DNA of 32,000 nucleotides from Tissierellales bacterium (GCA_025210965.1 JAOAQY010000044.1:1-32000), one strand, 5' to 3'; shown: positions 9,926 through 19,435, numbered from the stretch's first letter. Numbers and translations: made by a program. The notes: generated from the sequence alone by a model not told the origin.

Positions 9926-10007
9926 AAGACATTCCTCCTATTCATTGTTTACGCTTAGCGTGAATATCTCAATTCATATCCAAATACAAAAGCACATGGC
10001 TATCCTT

Positions 10008-11189
10008 CTAATTCAATTTCTCTACTGCCACCTTTATCCTCTCAAGCGCATCTTCTAAAACTACTCTAGCACAACCTATATTTAATCTCACAAATCCGTC
10101 TCCGCCAGTACCGTAGCAATCACCTTGATTCATAAGTACTTTAGCTTCCCTTATCAAAAAGTCTTCAAGTTCTTTTCCTTTTACAGGCATGCCTCTAAAA
10201 TCTAGCCACATCAAATAAGTGCCATCTGGTTTTGATACCTTTATTTGTGGCAGGTTTTCATCAATATAAGATTTCACAAAATCAGCGTTTCCTTCTAAAT
10301 ATACTAGCAATTGTTCTAGCCACTCTTCACCAAACGTGTATGCAGCTTCAAGTGCTTCAAAACCAAATACATTTGGCCTAGATATACCAAACGAAGCTCT
10401 CTTATCTAGATAAGCTTTTCGTAATTTTTCATTTGGTATGATGAGATTTGCTGTATTTAATCCAGCTACATTAAACGTCTTACTTGGAGCTGTACATATC
10501 ACTGTATTTTGAGCAAATGACTCCCCAAGCATAGCAAATGGCGTATGTTTAGACTTTTTATAAATCAAATCTCCATGTATTTCATCCGAAATTACAATCA
10601 CACCATGCTTTTCGCAAATTTCACCAAGTCTTGTAAGTTCTTCTCTAGTCCAAACTCTCCCAACAGGATTGTGAGGGCTACAAAGTATAAGTAATTTAAC
10701 ATTTTCAGACATTTGAGATTCTAAATTTTCAAAATCCATCTCATATCTATCTCCATTTTTGATCAGCGGATTCTCAACTACTTCGCATCCATGATTATTA
10801 ATAGCTTCATAAAACGGCGTGTATACTGGTGGCTGAACTATAATTTTATCTCCTGGTTTTGTAAGTGCCGATACTAACAAATTTAAACCAGTTACTATTC
10901 CTGGTGTATACGCAATCCATCCTCTATCAATATCCCATCCATGACGATTTTTCATCCATCTAATAACTGAATCCTCATAATCTTCAAAATCACCAGAATA
11001 ACCATATATACCGTGAGAAGCTTTGTGCTTCAACATATCAGCTACCTCTATAGGTGATTTGAAATCCATATCTGCAACCCACAGAGGTAGTATCCCCTCC
11101 GGATTTATTCCAAACTTTTCCTTTATACCATCCCATTTAAGCGAATGAGTATTCGCACGATTAATAGGTTTACTAAAATCATACCTCAT
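10008..11189 (-). CDS. patB: PLP-dependent class I/II aminotransferase-fold enzyme, MalY/PatB-type cystathionine beta-lyase (C-S lyase)
   Basis: 393-aa ORF. The N-terminal NRANTHSLKWD motif is typical of the PatB/MalY family. The SPHNPVGRVW and PSKTFN (PLP lysine) motifs are present. Confidence 0.8.
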   Translation of the reverse strand: MRYDFSKPINRANTHSLKWDGIKEKFGINPEGILPLWVADMDFKSPIEVADMLKHKASHGIYGYSGDFEDYEDSVIRWMKNRHGWDIDRGWIAYTPGIVTGLNLLVSALTKPGDKIIVQPPVYTPFYEAINNHGCEVVENPLIKNGDRYEMDFENLESQMSENVKLLILCSPHNPVGRVWTREELTRLGEICEKHGVIVISDEIHGDLIYKKSKHTPFAMLGESFAQNTVICTAPSKTFNVAGLNTANLIIPNEKLRKAYLDKRASFGISRPNVFGFEALEAAYTFGEEWLEQLLVYLEGNADFVKSYIDENLPQIKVSKPDGTYLMWLDFRGMPVKGKELEDFLIREAKVLMNQGDCYGTGGDGFVRLNIGCARVVLEDALERIKVAVEKLN

Positions 11190-11277
11190 TTAACGTATAC
11201 CACCTTTCTTCAAAATCATGAATTTGTCTAATCCCTGTATATAGTTTACCCCAAATCATCCTAATATTACCATTAAT

Positions 11278-14109
11278 TTATTCAATACCATTTACCCAAT
11301 TTAATGTATTTATTTTTCCATCTACTACTCCAAATCTAGCATTTAACTTTTCTCCAACAATGTACCTATACCAATTGTCAGCTACAGCAATTACTTCTTT
11401 CTCTTTTCCATTTGAAGTTTTTACTGTAAGCTTGTAATCATTCTCTTGTTTTACAACATCTAATATTTCTACCAAGTCATCGACATATTCATTCTTCAAA
11501 GGCCTTCCCTCAGCTGGAATAATTTGCGATTTGAATTTTTCTGATTTTTCATTAAACATCTGCATAGAAACCTTCTCTATAGCCTTCAAATTTTTATTTT
11601 CATCTCTAAAGAATTCAAAATAAATATCTTCATATGCTCTCTCATCATTTTTGTAAATATTTCCATAGTCTAATGCATCCCTAAACTTAGACTCTTCAGC
11701 TTCATTTAAAATAAAACTATGTGCTAAATCAAAATCATTAGTGTTTTCACCCATTCCAAATACAAATTTTCCATTTAATCTACCTAAGTAACGATATATG
11801 TAACTCTCATTTATTTTCCCCAAATATTCAACGCCCTTAATTACAAGTTCTTCCGCCCAATCTTTTTTGAATATTTCTCCTTCTATTTTATAAAGCGCAT
11901 CCTTATCAACCTCATTTTTCCCAAAAAGTCTTTTGATATCTGGTTCTTCTTTCAAATGAAATCTAATAGAATCTCCAGACTTTAAATCAAATAATTCCAT
12001 TTGGCTAGAATCAAATTCAATCCCAAATCCCGTGTAATTATTTTCCCCTATAGATGACCATTTTTCGAAACTAAATGGCACATAAGATATCCCATTATTA
12101 GTCACAATTGCACATTCTGCCTTTCCACTATCACCAACTAATACAACTGCATTCTTCACTCCATGTTCATATTTTTCCAAAAATTCATTTATACCTATCC
12201 TTTCTATTCCGTTTACAATTACAAATTCATCATCCAACTCGATAATATCTCCTGATGATGTTTCAAATCTCATCTTCGTTAACTCTCCATCAAATATTGA
12301 TCTTTCACTTGGAACAATTTTTATCATATCCCTTGCAACAAAATCATCAATCCCAACATTAAATAAATAAATTTCACCTTTTCTAAATCTCTCACTTGTC
12401 AAATCAAACTCTTTTAAATTTTCCAATCTATTTTTGTAAAGTTTTTTCAATTCCCCAGGATTTTTAACTATAAAATCGTAATCATAACTATACTCATAGC
12501 CTCTAGTATTTTCATCTACAATTATTTTTCCATCTATATTATTATACAAACCTCTTATATCTAATGATCCTATACCATATCCACTTTTAAAAACTTGACC
12601 TATTATTAATGAGGTTTTTTTATCTTCTGATTCAACATATGGAGAATTTCCTGCAAATAACATGCTTCTTACACTTGTATTAGCGAGGACAGTTCTGATT
12701 CTATTTTCATCATTTAGCTCAATATATATCCTCTCTCCTATAATATTTTGATTCTCTTTTTGGCCAAACCATATACAATCATCAGCCAAATATACCCATG
12801 ATCTTTGATTTTCATCAAATTGATTTGGAGCCATGCTACTCATATTTCCATATCCTAGTTCTAATTGTCCATCGCTTGAATTTAGTACTGTATAATATGC
12901 TGAATTTTTTTCTCTTGATATGATGGGATTAACCTTTGTTACATACCCGCCAGCAACTGAATCTATACTTATAACTGAATGTTTCAATTCTTGATAAAAG
13001 TATCCCTTATCATTTGACCAAAACGTTCTCAACTTGCCATCTTCATCTTTCAAAGTCATTTCAACCAAATCGCCGTATTTATCTAACTCTTCTACATCTA
13101 TTACTAAACCTCTCTCCAAATGATTTACTTTGTTTTCGCCCTCATCATCTAATTTTTCTATTGATACTAATTGATCCAGGCAATTTATTTTCAAGAATAC
13201 TATATCCCCTTCATTCCATGATTCTAAGTATTCATTGCTTTCTTCACTCATATCACTATGAGTTTTAATAATCTCTTCTACTAACTCAGATTTATTTTCT
13301 AATTCATAAGTCACATAAAAATTATTTTTTGACGACCCAACATCTTTTATTTTTGCTTTTACAATGTATTTTGTTGCATATTCAATCGAATCCAAATCAG
13401 TGAAGTAAATAAGACCGATTCCCTTTAAATCATCGGGACTTAAAATATATCTAAAAGAAGTTCTACCATCAGTATTGTATAAATCTGAAAAGTCCTTTTT
13501 CTCGCCTTTATAATTGAGCCATCTATCATAATCAAAAAACAAAAATCTTCCATTTTCTCGAGTAACTATAAATTCTTCGCTCATATAAAGACCTAAATTT
13601 TCTTCAATTTCATCATCATAATTTTTAATATTTGATATACTTTTCTCATCCTGTTCTACCAGTATCACAGCATCTATATTTCCTTCTTTCGATAAGTCTT
13701 CACTTTTTCTATGAAAATAAACTAAATCTCCCTGTTCTATATCTTCTTGAGAAATTCTAACCATTTTATCCTTAGCAAACTTAAAATTCTCTTCCAACAT
13801 ATCCCCTATTTTTAATTTTAAAAACACAGTGCTCTCATCTAAATCATTTGCTTTTATATGACTTTTTCTATCTATTTTATAGTACTCTACAATTTTATGG
13901 CTCTTTTTCGACCATTCCGACACCACTCCGCAAAAAAGCATTTCCGGATCAAATACTTCATCAATATTCTCATACAAACTATCTGCCGAACTCAGCACAT
14001 CACTCTTGCTAGATTTTTCTCCCTCGAGTTGAAACTCACAACTACATGCAATCATAAGCACAAAAAATACCGCCATTACCAAAACAATAAAATTACCTCT
14101 TTTTTTCAT
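11278..14109 (-). CDS. Hypothetical large exported protein, probable lipoprotein (943 aa), no recognisable domain
   Basis: The track start at 14124 is TTG. ATG 14109 follows GGGGAG with a 7-nt spacer. The N-terminus MKKRGNFIVLVMAVFFVLMIAC has a lipobox-like IAC. A G-D/E-x-[IV]-x-[FL] motif recurs along the protein. Confidence 0.7.
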   Translation of the reverse strand: MKKRGNFIVLVMAVFFVLMIACSCEFQLEGEKSSKSDVLSSADSLYENIDEVFDPEMLFCGVVSEWSKKSHKIVEYYKIDRKSHIKANDLDESTVFLKLKIGDMLEENFKFAKDKMVRISQEDIEQGDLVYFHRKSEDLSKEGNIDAVILVEQDEKSISNIKNYDDEIEENLGLYMSEEFIVTRENGRFLFFDYDRWLNYKGEKKDFSDLYNTDGRTSFRYILSPDDLKGIGLIYFTDLDSIEYATKYIVKAKIKDVGSSKNNFYVTYELENKSELVEEIIKTHSDMSEESNEYLESWNEGDIVFLKINCLDQLVSIEKLDDEGENKVNHLERGLVIDVEELDKYGDLVEMTLKDEDGKLRTFWSNDKGYFYQELKHSVISIDSVAGGYVTKVNPIISREKNSAYYTVLNSSDGQLELGYGNMSSMAPNQFDENQRSWVYLADDCIWFGQKENQNIIGERIYIELNDENRIRTVLANTSVRSMLFAGNSPYVESEDKKTSLIIGQVFKSGYGIGSLDIRGLYNNIDGKIIVDENTRGYEYSYDYDFIVKNPGELKKLYKNRLENLKEFDLTSERFRKGEIYLFNVGIDDFVARDMIKIVPSERSIFDGELTKMRFETSSGDIIELDDEFVIVNGIERIGINEFLEKYEHGVKNAVVLVGDSGKAECAIVTNNGISYVPFSFEKWSSIGENNYTGFGIEFDSSQMELFDLKSGDSIRFHLKEEPDIKRLFGKNEVDKDALYKIEGEIFKKDWAEELVIKGVEYLGKINESYIYRYLGRLNGKFVFGMGENTNDFDLAHSFILNEAEESKFRDALDYGNIYKNDERAYEDIYFEFFRDENKNLKAIEKVSMQMFNEKSEKFKSQIIPAEGRPLKNEYVDDLVEILDVVKQENDYKLTVKTSNGKEKEVIAVADNWYRYIVGEKLNARFGVVDGKINTLNWVNGIE

Positions 14110-14252
14110 ATTGTCACTCCCCAATTTAGTCGGTAGTGTAAAATATTACACTACTTTCTGTTTTCACAAATCGCGTATACATAATTTTATTATACACATT
14201 ACAATCGTTCAAGCTGTTACAAAATTATTAAAATTTTGATTAAACACAAAAA

Positions 14253-14299
14253 ATCAGGACAAAGCCCCGCTCAAACTTAAGCAAAACTTTAGTCCTGAT
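14253..14299. terminator. Hairpin with flanking A/T runs downstream of the APC permease gene (possibly bidirectional)
   Basis: ATCAGGAC (14253..14260) pairs with GTCCTGAT (14292..14299) around a ~31-nt loop. In minus-strand sense it is followed by UUUUUUG. Confidence 0.5.
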
Positions 14300-14324
14300 C
14301 TTTTTAAAACTCTATTCTGTAACA

Positions 14325-15737
14325 TTAAGATACTGATGATTGTTCTATCACGCCCACTTCCGCTGAACCTTCTCTTACCGCTTTCCACTTCATCCAGCCA
14401 AAGAAGCCTGCCCCCAATGCTGACCACGCAAGTATAATTCCCCATTCATAAGGCCATATTAGTGATGCTGGTCCACCAGGCATATACATACATATCATAC
14501 CTACACAAAGAAGTACAGCCATAGTCCCAACAAATTTACCGTTTTTAACTCTATAAGGTCTACTCATATTGGGTTCATTTTTTCTAAGAACTAAAAATGA
14601 TATAGAAACCATCATATATGAAACAACTATGGTAAGCCCCCCTGCATTACTAAGCCAGACAAGCATACTTCTACCAAGAAGTGGTGCTAATGTTGAAAGT
14701 GCTCCTATCAAAAATATAGCATTTACTGGAGTCTTATGCTTAGGATGTAATTTCCCCAAAAAGCTAGGAAGCATACCCGATTCAGCCATAGCATAGATTG
14801 CTCTACTTCCACCTACAAAGAATGAATTCCAACTAGTAAGTATTCCTCCTATACCTGCTAATACAACTATCTTAGCTGCTATAGGACTACCACCAAATAT
14901 AGCCATCATTGCATCTGCTGTAACCAAGCTTGAACCTTGAATTTGTTCTGCACTCAACGTTTTTGACACACTAAATATAATCATCACATACCATACTACA
15001 GCCATTATTACTGATAATACTATTATTTTTCCAATTTTTTTAAATGGCATATTTATCTCTTCTGCCGCCTGAGGTATAACATCAAAACCAACATACATAA
15101 ATGGTGTCATTACAGCAACTGCAAATATTCCCTTTCCACCATTTTGAAATAGTGGTACCATTTCTGCTGCTGGTGCCGCAGTAAATGATCCTGTAAATAA
15201 CATTATTCCAACGCAAGCAATCAAGAATGTTACTATTCCTTGGACAAAAGCAGCTGCTTTCACCCCAAAGTAATTTACTATAGTAATAATTATAGAACTA
15301 ATAGCTCCAACCAACACCCAAGATAAATATACATCGTATCCAGCTATCTCATAGAGATAACCAGTCAAATAGGATGGAAATAAATACTCCACCACAGTCG
15401 GAAGTGCAACTGCTTCGAATGCTACAACCGATATGTATCCCAATACAATAGCCCAAGTACAAACAAAAGATGCGTTATATCCAAGCGCTCTATGACTGAA
15501 AACATGCTCGCCACCACACTTTGGCATAGCCGATGTAAGCTCCGCATAAGTAAGTCCTACAAATAAGACCATCACGCCACCCATTACAAATGCAAGCATA
15601 GCGCCTAACATTCCTGCCATCTTTATCCATTCCCCAGCTAGAACAACCCATCCCCAACCAATCATTGCTCCAAACGCAAGTGCTAGTATATCCTTTTTCG
15701 ACAATACCCTATTAAAATCACTGCCATCACTATTCAT
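14325..15737 (-). CDS. APC-superfamily amino acid permease
   Basis: The track start is 15779, but ATG 15737 follows GGGAGAGG with a 4-nt spacer. There are about 12 hydrophobic helices. The N-terminal LSKKDILALAFGAMIGWGW motif is typical of amino acid/polyamine permeases. Confidence 0.85.
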   Translation of the reverse strand: MNSDGSDFNRVLSKKDILALAFGAMIGWGWVVLAGEWIKMAGMLGAMLAFVMGGVMVLFVGLTYAELTSAMPKCGGEHVFSHRALGYNASFVCTWAIVLGYISVVAFEAVALPTVVEYLFPSYLTGYLYEIAGYDVYLSWVLVGAISSIIITIVNYFGVKAAAFVQGIVTFLIACVGIMLFTGSFTAAPAAEMVPLFQNGGKGIFAVAVMTPFMYVGFDVIPQAAEEINMPFKKIGKIIVLSVIMAVVWYVMIIFSVSKTLSAEQIQGSSLVTADAMMAIFGGSPIAAKIVVLAGIGGILTSWNSFFVGGSRAIYAMAESGMLPSFLGKLHPKHKTPVNAIFLIGALSTLAPLLGRSMLVWLSNAGGLTIVVSYMMVSISFLVLRKNEPNMSRPYRVKNGKFVGTMAVLLCVGMICMYMPGGPASLIWPYEWGIILAWSALGAGFFGWMKWKAVREGSAEVGVIEQSSVS

Positions 15738-16240
15738 CAAACCTCTCCCTTCAAAATAACATGGTGTCATTGTTCCCACAACAAAAATTTGTACAACAAA
15801 AAAAGCGTTTCTAATGTATTTACTAATACCTAAAAACTACTGCTAAAATAAAATCAATTGCACAAATGATTTACTGCTATTAATTTGCTAACTCAAATTG
15901 ATTAAATCAAAGAAAAGAATAAACATAAGAAAAAATGTAATTTTTTAAGTCAGAACACAATATATATATTGAATATATATCCCTCGCTAATCATTATTAT
16001 ATACTATATTTCAATGTTTTTGAAGTTATTTTTTTACCATGTTTCAGTTATATCCTTTCTTTTTTGAACACATTTCGAGCATCGACCAATGCATAAAAAA
16101 ACATGTCCATAATCATTGATTAATTACTAATCCATGCCAATTTACTAACTACAGATCATTTTCTAACTTGTGAGTATAAATTGAACGAATTCATCATTTA
16201 CTTTAACTGTGTTTTTTTAACTTTTTTGTATTTTCTTCCA

Positions 16241-16255
16241 AATATTCTGAAAATA
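16241..16255 (+). promoter_or_regulatory. CodY-box-like sequence abutting the -35 of the nucleobase permease promoter
   Basis: AATATTCTGAAAATA matches 13 of 15 positions of the Firmicute CodY consensus AATTTTCWGAAAATT. It ends 2 nt before the -35 element. Confidence 0.3.
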
Positions 16256-16257
16256 CA

Positions 16258-16286
16258 TTGACATTTAAATATCAAAGTGATAACTT
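16258..16286 (+). promoter_or_regulatory. SigmaA-type promoter (extended -10) for the NCS2 permease gene
   Basis: TTGACA (16258..16263) is followed by a 17-nt spacer whose last 3 nt are TGA, then TAACTT (16281..16286). It lies 30 nt upstream of the ATG. Confidence 0.5.
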
Positions 16287-16316
16287 TAAAATAAAAGAAT
16301 ATAGGGGGAATACTTT

Positions 16317-17672
16317 ATGGACACATCTAAGGTATCAAGTAGTAGCAGTAGTAGTGAAATTTTGTACAAGATAGACGACAAGCCACCACTCAAAATCGCT
16401 GTACTCTTGGGTATTCAGCACATCATGGCCGCATTTGGCGGTATAGTTGCAGTACCACTGATTGTTGGAGGAGCACTCGGTTTACCATTAGAAGATGTAG
16501 CATTTTTAGTAAGTTCTGCTTTATTGGCAGCTGGTATTGCTACATATATTCAGGCTAAAGGACTCGGTCCTGTAGGGGCTAAACTTCCCTGTATAATGGG
16601 CACCGACTTTACATTTGTAGGGCCTTCAATAGCCGTCGGATCTGCATATGGTATAGCTGGTATGTTTGGCGCTACTATAATGGGTTCTTTCATAGAAATA
16701 TTTTTGAGCCGCTTTATAAAACCTCTTAGAAAATTTTTCCCACCAATTGTAACCGGTACTGTAGTAATGCTAATAGGGCTTACTCTACTTCCAGTTTCGA
16801 TTGATTGGACTGCTGGTGGTGTTGGCTCTCCTGACTACGGCAGTATACAAAACATATCTATAGCCTTTTCTGTAATGGTTGTAATAATGCTACTAAATAG
16901 ATATGGTAAGGGCATGTTTTCTTCTGCTTCAGTTATAATCGGTCTCATCTTTGGCTACATAGTCTGTATTCCTTTAGGTATGATCGACTTTTCAGCTATA
17001 TCAAATGCAAGCTGGTTTTCAGTGCCAATGCCTTTTAAATACGGTATTAGCTTTCACTTTGGAGCTTTTGTTGCTTTTGTAACCGCATATTTAGTTACAA
17101 CAGTGGAAACAGTAGGATGTCTTTTTGCAGTTGGAGAAGCTGCTGAAAAAGAATTGGAATCTGAAGATATATCTAGAGGGATATTAGCAGATGGTGTGGG
17201 CTCTTTTATAGCTGGTATATTTAATGCTGGTCCAAATACATCTTTTTCACAAAATGTAGGTCTAATACCTCTTACAAAAGTTGCTAGCAATTCTGTAGTT
17301 GCAGTAGCTGGTATCATATTGGTTTTACTTGGACTATTTCCAAAACTTGGAGCGCTAATAGCTATAATGCCTAGTCCAGTTTTAGGTGGAGCAGGTATTA
17401 TAATGTTCGGTATGGTAGTCTCTGCTGGTATAAAAACAATAAAAGATGTAGACTTAAACAATAGAAACATGCTAATTTTAGCAATTTCTCTAGGAATAGG
17501 TATGGGCGTTACCGTTCGTCCTGATCTACTAAATAGCATGCCTTCTGCTATACAAAGCTTTTTCTCTTCTGGCATAAGTGCTGGTACAGTTTCTGCACTT
17601 ATTTTAAATATCGTATTGAAAGAAGAAAATAAATTTGTTGAGGTAAACAGCGAAGAAAAAATTGCAAAATAA
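16317..17672 (+). CDS. NCS2-family nucleobase:cation symporter (xanthine/uracil permease family)
   Basis: 451-aa polytopic membrane protein with a GGGGG SD. The motifs GTDFTFVGP and GPNTSFSQNVGLIPLT are characteristic of xanthine/uracil permeases. Confidence 0.9.
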   Translation: MDTSKVSSSSSSSEILYKIDDKPPLKIAVLLGIQHIMAAFGGIVAVPLIVGGALGLPLEDVAFLVSSALLAAGIATYIQAKGLGPVGAKLPCIMGTDFTFVGPSIAVGSAYGIAGMFGATIMGSFIEIFLSRFIKPLRKFFPPIVTGTVVMLIGLTLLPVSIDWTAGGVGSPDYGSIQNISIAFSVMVVIMLLNRYGKGMFSSASVIIGLIFGYIVCIPLGMIDFSAISNASWFSVPMPFKYGISFHFGAFVAFVTAYLVTTVETVGCLFAVGEAAEKELESEDISRGILADGVGSFIAGIFNAGPNTSFSQNVGLIPLTKVASNSVVAVAGIILVLLGLFPKLGALIAIMPSPVLGGAGIIMFGMVVSAGIKTIKDVDLNNRNMLILAISLGIGMGVTVRPDLLNSMPSAIQSFFSSGISAGTVSALILNIVLKEENKFVEVNSEEKIAK

Positions 17673-17703
17673 TAACTCTATTATTTATTCATATTCATAC
17701 ACA

Positions 17704-17753
17704 CAAAAAAAGATCTACAATTTCAATTAAATTGAACTTGTAGATCTTTTTTT
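17704..17753. terminator. Bidirectional rho-independent terminator between convergent genes
   Basis: AGATCTACAA-T-TTCAAT taa ATTGAA-C-TTGTAGATCT forms a ~16-bp stem. An A-run lies on its left and a T-run on its right. Confidence 0.8.
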
Positions 17754-17777
17754 ATCTCAGTTAAGTATTATATAACT

Positions 17778-19331
17778 CTAACCTTTTACTATATTTCTTC
17801 CAGCCTCTTTAGCTTCGTACAATTTATAGTCAGCCCTAGCTATAAATTCGTGAATCTGCTCTCCATCTTTGTATTCTGCAACACCCATACTGAGTGTAAC
17901 TGCATGAACCGTTTTAGCAAAATGAGTTCTGTCATAAACCATTTTCCTTATATTTTCAGCTAGTCTACCTGCCTCAGCTAAATCTGTATCCGTCAATGCT
18001 ATAATAAACTCATCTCCACCGAATCTAAACAATCTGTCTGTAGACCTTATATTTTTCTTTATCAAATCCGTTGTTTCTTTTAAAACTGCATCTCCTACTA
18101 AATGTCCATATTTGTCATTTATTAATTTAAAGTAATCTACATCATATATGATAATAGCTAAATCGCCTCCTGATTTATGTGCTTTTTCCATAAGCATTTT
18201 CATATATTCATAGAAACGATTTCTATTATAAGCTCCTGTCAATTTATCAGTATACATCACTCTATTTACCTTTTCTTTTGATGCATGTGATAGTACTATT
18301 ATAGCCATTACTAGTATCCACAAAAAGAATACCAGGAAGCTCTTTATGATCATACTTCTTTTAAAATTACCATACGCTTCATTTTTGCTATAAAATACAA
18401 GATAACCCACACTTTTACCAACCACATTCTTTATACTCAAAAATGTAATAGAATACATTGTTCCATTTATATCAGAGTTGACTAAAAAAGTCTCTCCATC
18501 GTCAAAAAAACTATCTAATTTTGATATAAAATCCTCGCAGCCAACAACATTTTCTATTAATTTGCTATAATTCCCATATTTTTTGACATATGAAAGTGCT
18601 TCTCTATCATAGTAATAATCAGCTGACAATTTACTTTCTCTGTAATTATCAGCTATCTGCTCTTGCCAAACCTTTCCATTCACTATCGATTTCTTTATCA
18701 TGAATGATGTTGGATTTTCAAATAATTCATCCATCAATTGAATTATAGACATGAATGATATACTAGTTTCTACACAACCCAAATAAGTTTCTTTATAAAA
18801 AAGAGGATATTCAAATCTATATCCGTTAAAGACCCTACCTTCTTCAAATCCCTCAGCATATCTATGATATGAATTTACAATTCGAACTGTATCTCTGATA
18901 TCAGTCAAACTATCTCCAAATTTATCTTTTTTATGCATTCTTAAAAAACTCGTATCATCATTTAAAACGAAATGAAATTGCCTAAAATTATTTGCTACCA
19001 TATTCTCATATGTTCCTTGCAACTCATCAGCTAATTTTTCTCTCAAATAAGACTTTTTTTCCGCATTCGCTGAATACACTGTACTCATAATTTTCAGTAT
19101 CTCATCTTTATTTATTATCTCATCAAAATATGTTTTTGCAATCATTCTATAACCCGATACTATGGTATTATACTCTTCCTCATAACGTGCAATGCAATCA
19201 TCATCGTAATTCTTAATTTCCCTTTTATAATCGCTAATCAATATAATTTCTAACAAACCAAATAGCATTGTTGCAATCAATATAATACTACTAATTTTGA
19301 CAATAGTCTTCTTTTTATCAATAGCATACAT
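17778..19331 (-). CDS. Sensor diguanylate cyclase (TM - ~300-aa extracytoplasmic sensor - TM - GGDEF domain)
   Basis: The track start at 19364 is TTG. ATG 19331 follows AGGAG with an 8-nt spacer. The active-site motif RFGGDEF is intact. RSTD, five residues upstream, fits an RxxD I-site. There are two TM segments. Confidence 0.85.
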   Translation of the reverse strand: MYAIDKKKTIVKISSIILIATMLFGLLEIILISDYKREIKNYDDDCIARYEEEYNTIVSGYRMIAKTYFDEIINKDEILKIMSTVYSANAEKKSYLREKLADELQGTYENMVANNFRQFHFVLNDDTSFLRMHKKDKFGDSLTDIRDTVRIVNSYHRYAEGFEEGRVFNGYRFEYPLFYKETYLGCVETSISFMSIIQLMDELFENPTSFMIKKSIVNGKVWQEQIADNYRESKLSADYYYDREALSYVKKYGNYSKLIENVVGCEDFISKLDSFFDDGETFLVNSDINGTMYSITFLSIKNVVGKSVGYLVFYSKNEAYGNFKRSMIIKSFLVFFLWILVMAIIVLSHASKEKVNRVMYTDKLTGAYNRNRFYEYMKMLMEKAHKSGGDLAIIIYDVDYFKLINDKYGHLVGDAVLKETTDLIKKNIRSTDRLFRFGGDEFIIALTDTDLAEAGRLAENIRKMVYDRTHFAKTVHAVTLSMGVAEYKDGEQIHEFIARADYKLYEAKEAGRNIVKG

Positions 19332-19366
19332 ATCTCTTTCTCCTATAGATTTTTTAATCCTCAATC

Positions 19367-19395
19367 ATTATATTCCTAAATGCGATTATTTTCAA
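19367..19395 (-). promoter_or_regulatory. SigmaA-type promoter for the diguanylate cyclase gene
   Basis: In minus-strand sense, TTGAAA (19395..19390) is followed by a 17-nt spacer and TATAAT (19372..19367). Confidence 0.5.
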
Positions 19396-19427
19396 TAAAA
19401 AAACCAAGAGTTTACAATTACTCTTGG
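19396..19427 (-). terminator. Rho-independent terminator after MCP paralogue A
   Basis: In minus-strand sense, CCAAGAGU aauuguaa ACUCUUGG is followed by UUUUUUU. Confidence 0.75.
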
Positions 19428-19435
19428 CTCTTTCT

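Noticed and set aside
14254-14445. A 63-aa minus-strand ORF overlapping the 3' end of the APC permease gene and its terminator
   Set aside because: It is an out-of-frame overlap with a strongly supported CDS. It runs through the terminator hairpin and has no SD.
15960-16316. A purine/guanine riboswitch upstream of the NCS2 nucleobase permease
   Set aside because: No three-way-junction signature (UAUAAUCGCGUGGAUAUGGCACGCA...CCGUAAAUGUCCGACUAUG-like) is visible. The predicted promoter is only 30 nt from the ATG, which leaves no room for an aptamer.
17054-17575. A 173-aa minus-strand ORF inside the NCS2 permease gene
   Set aside because: It is antisense to a well-supported membrane protein gene. 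It has no SD and no recognisable motifs, and is a typical shadow ORF.
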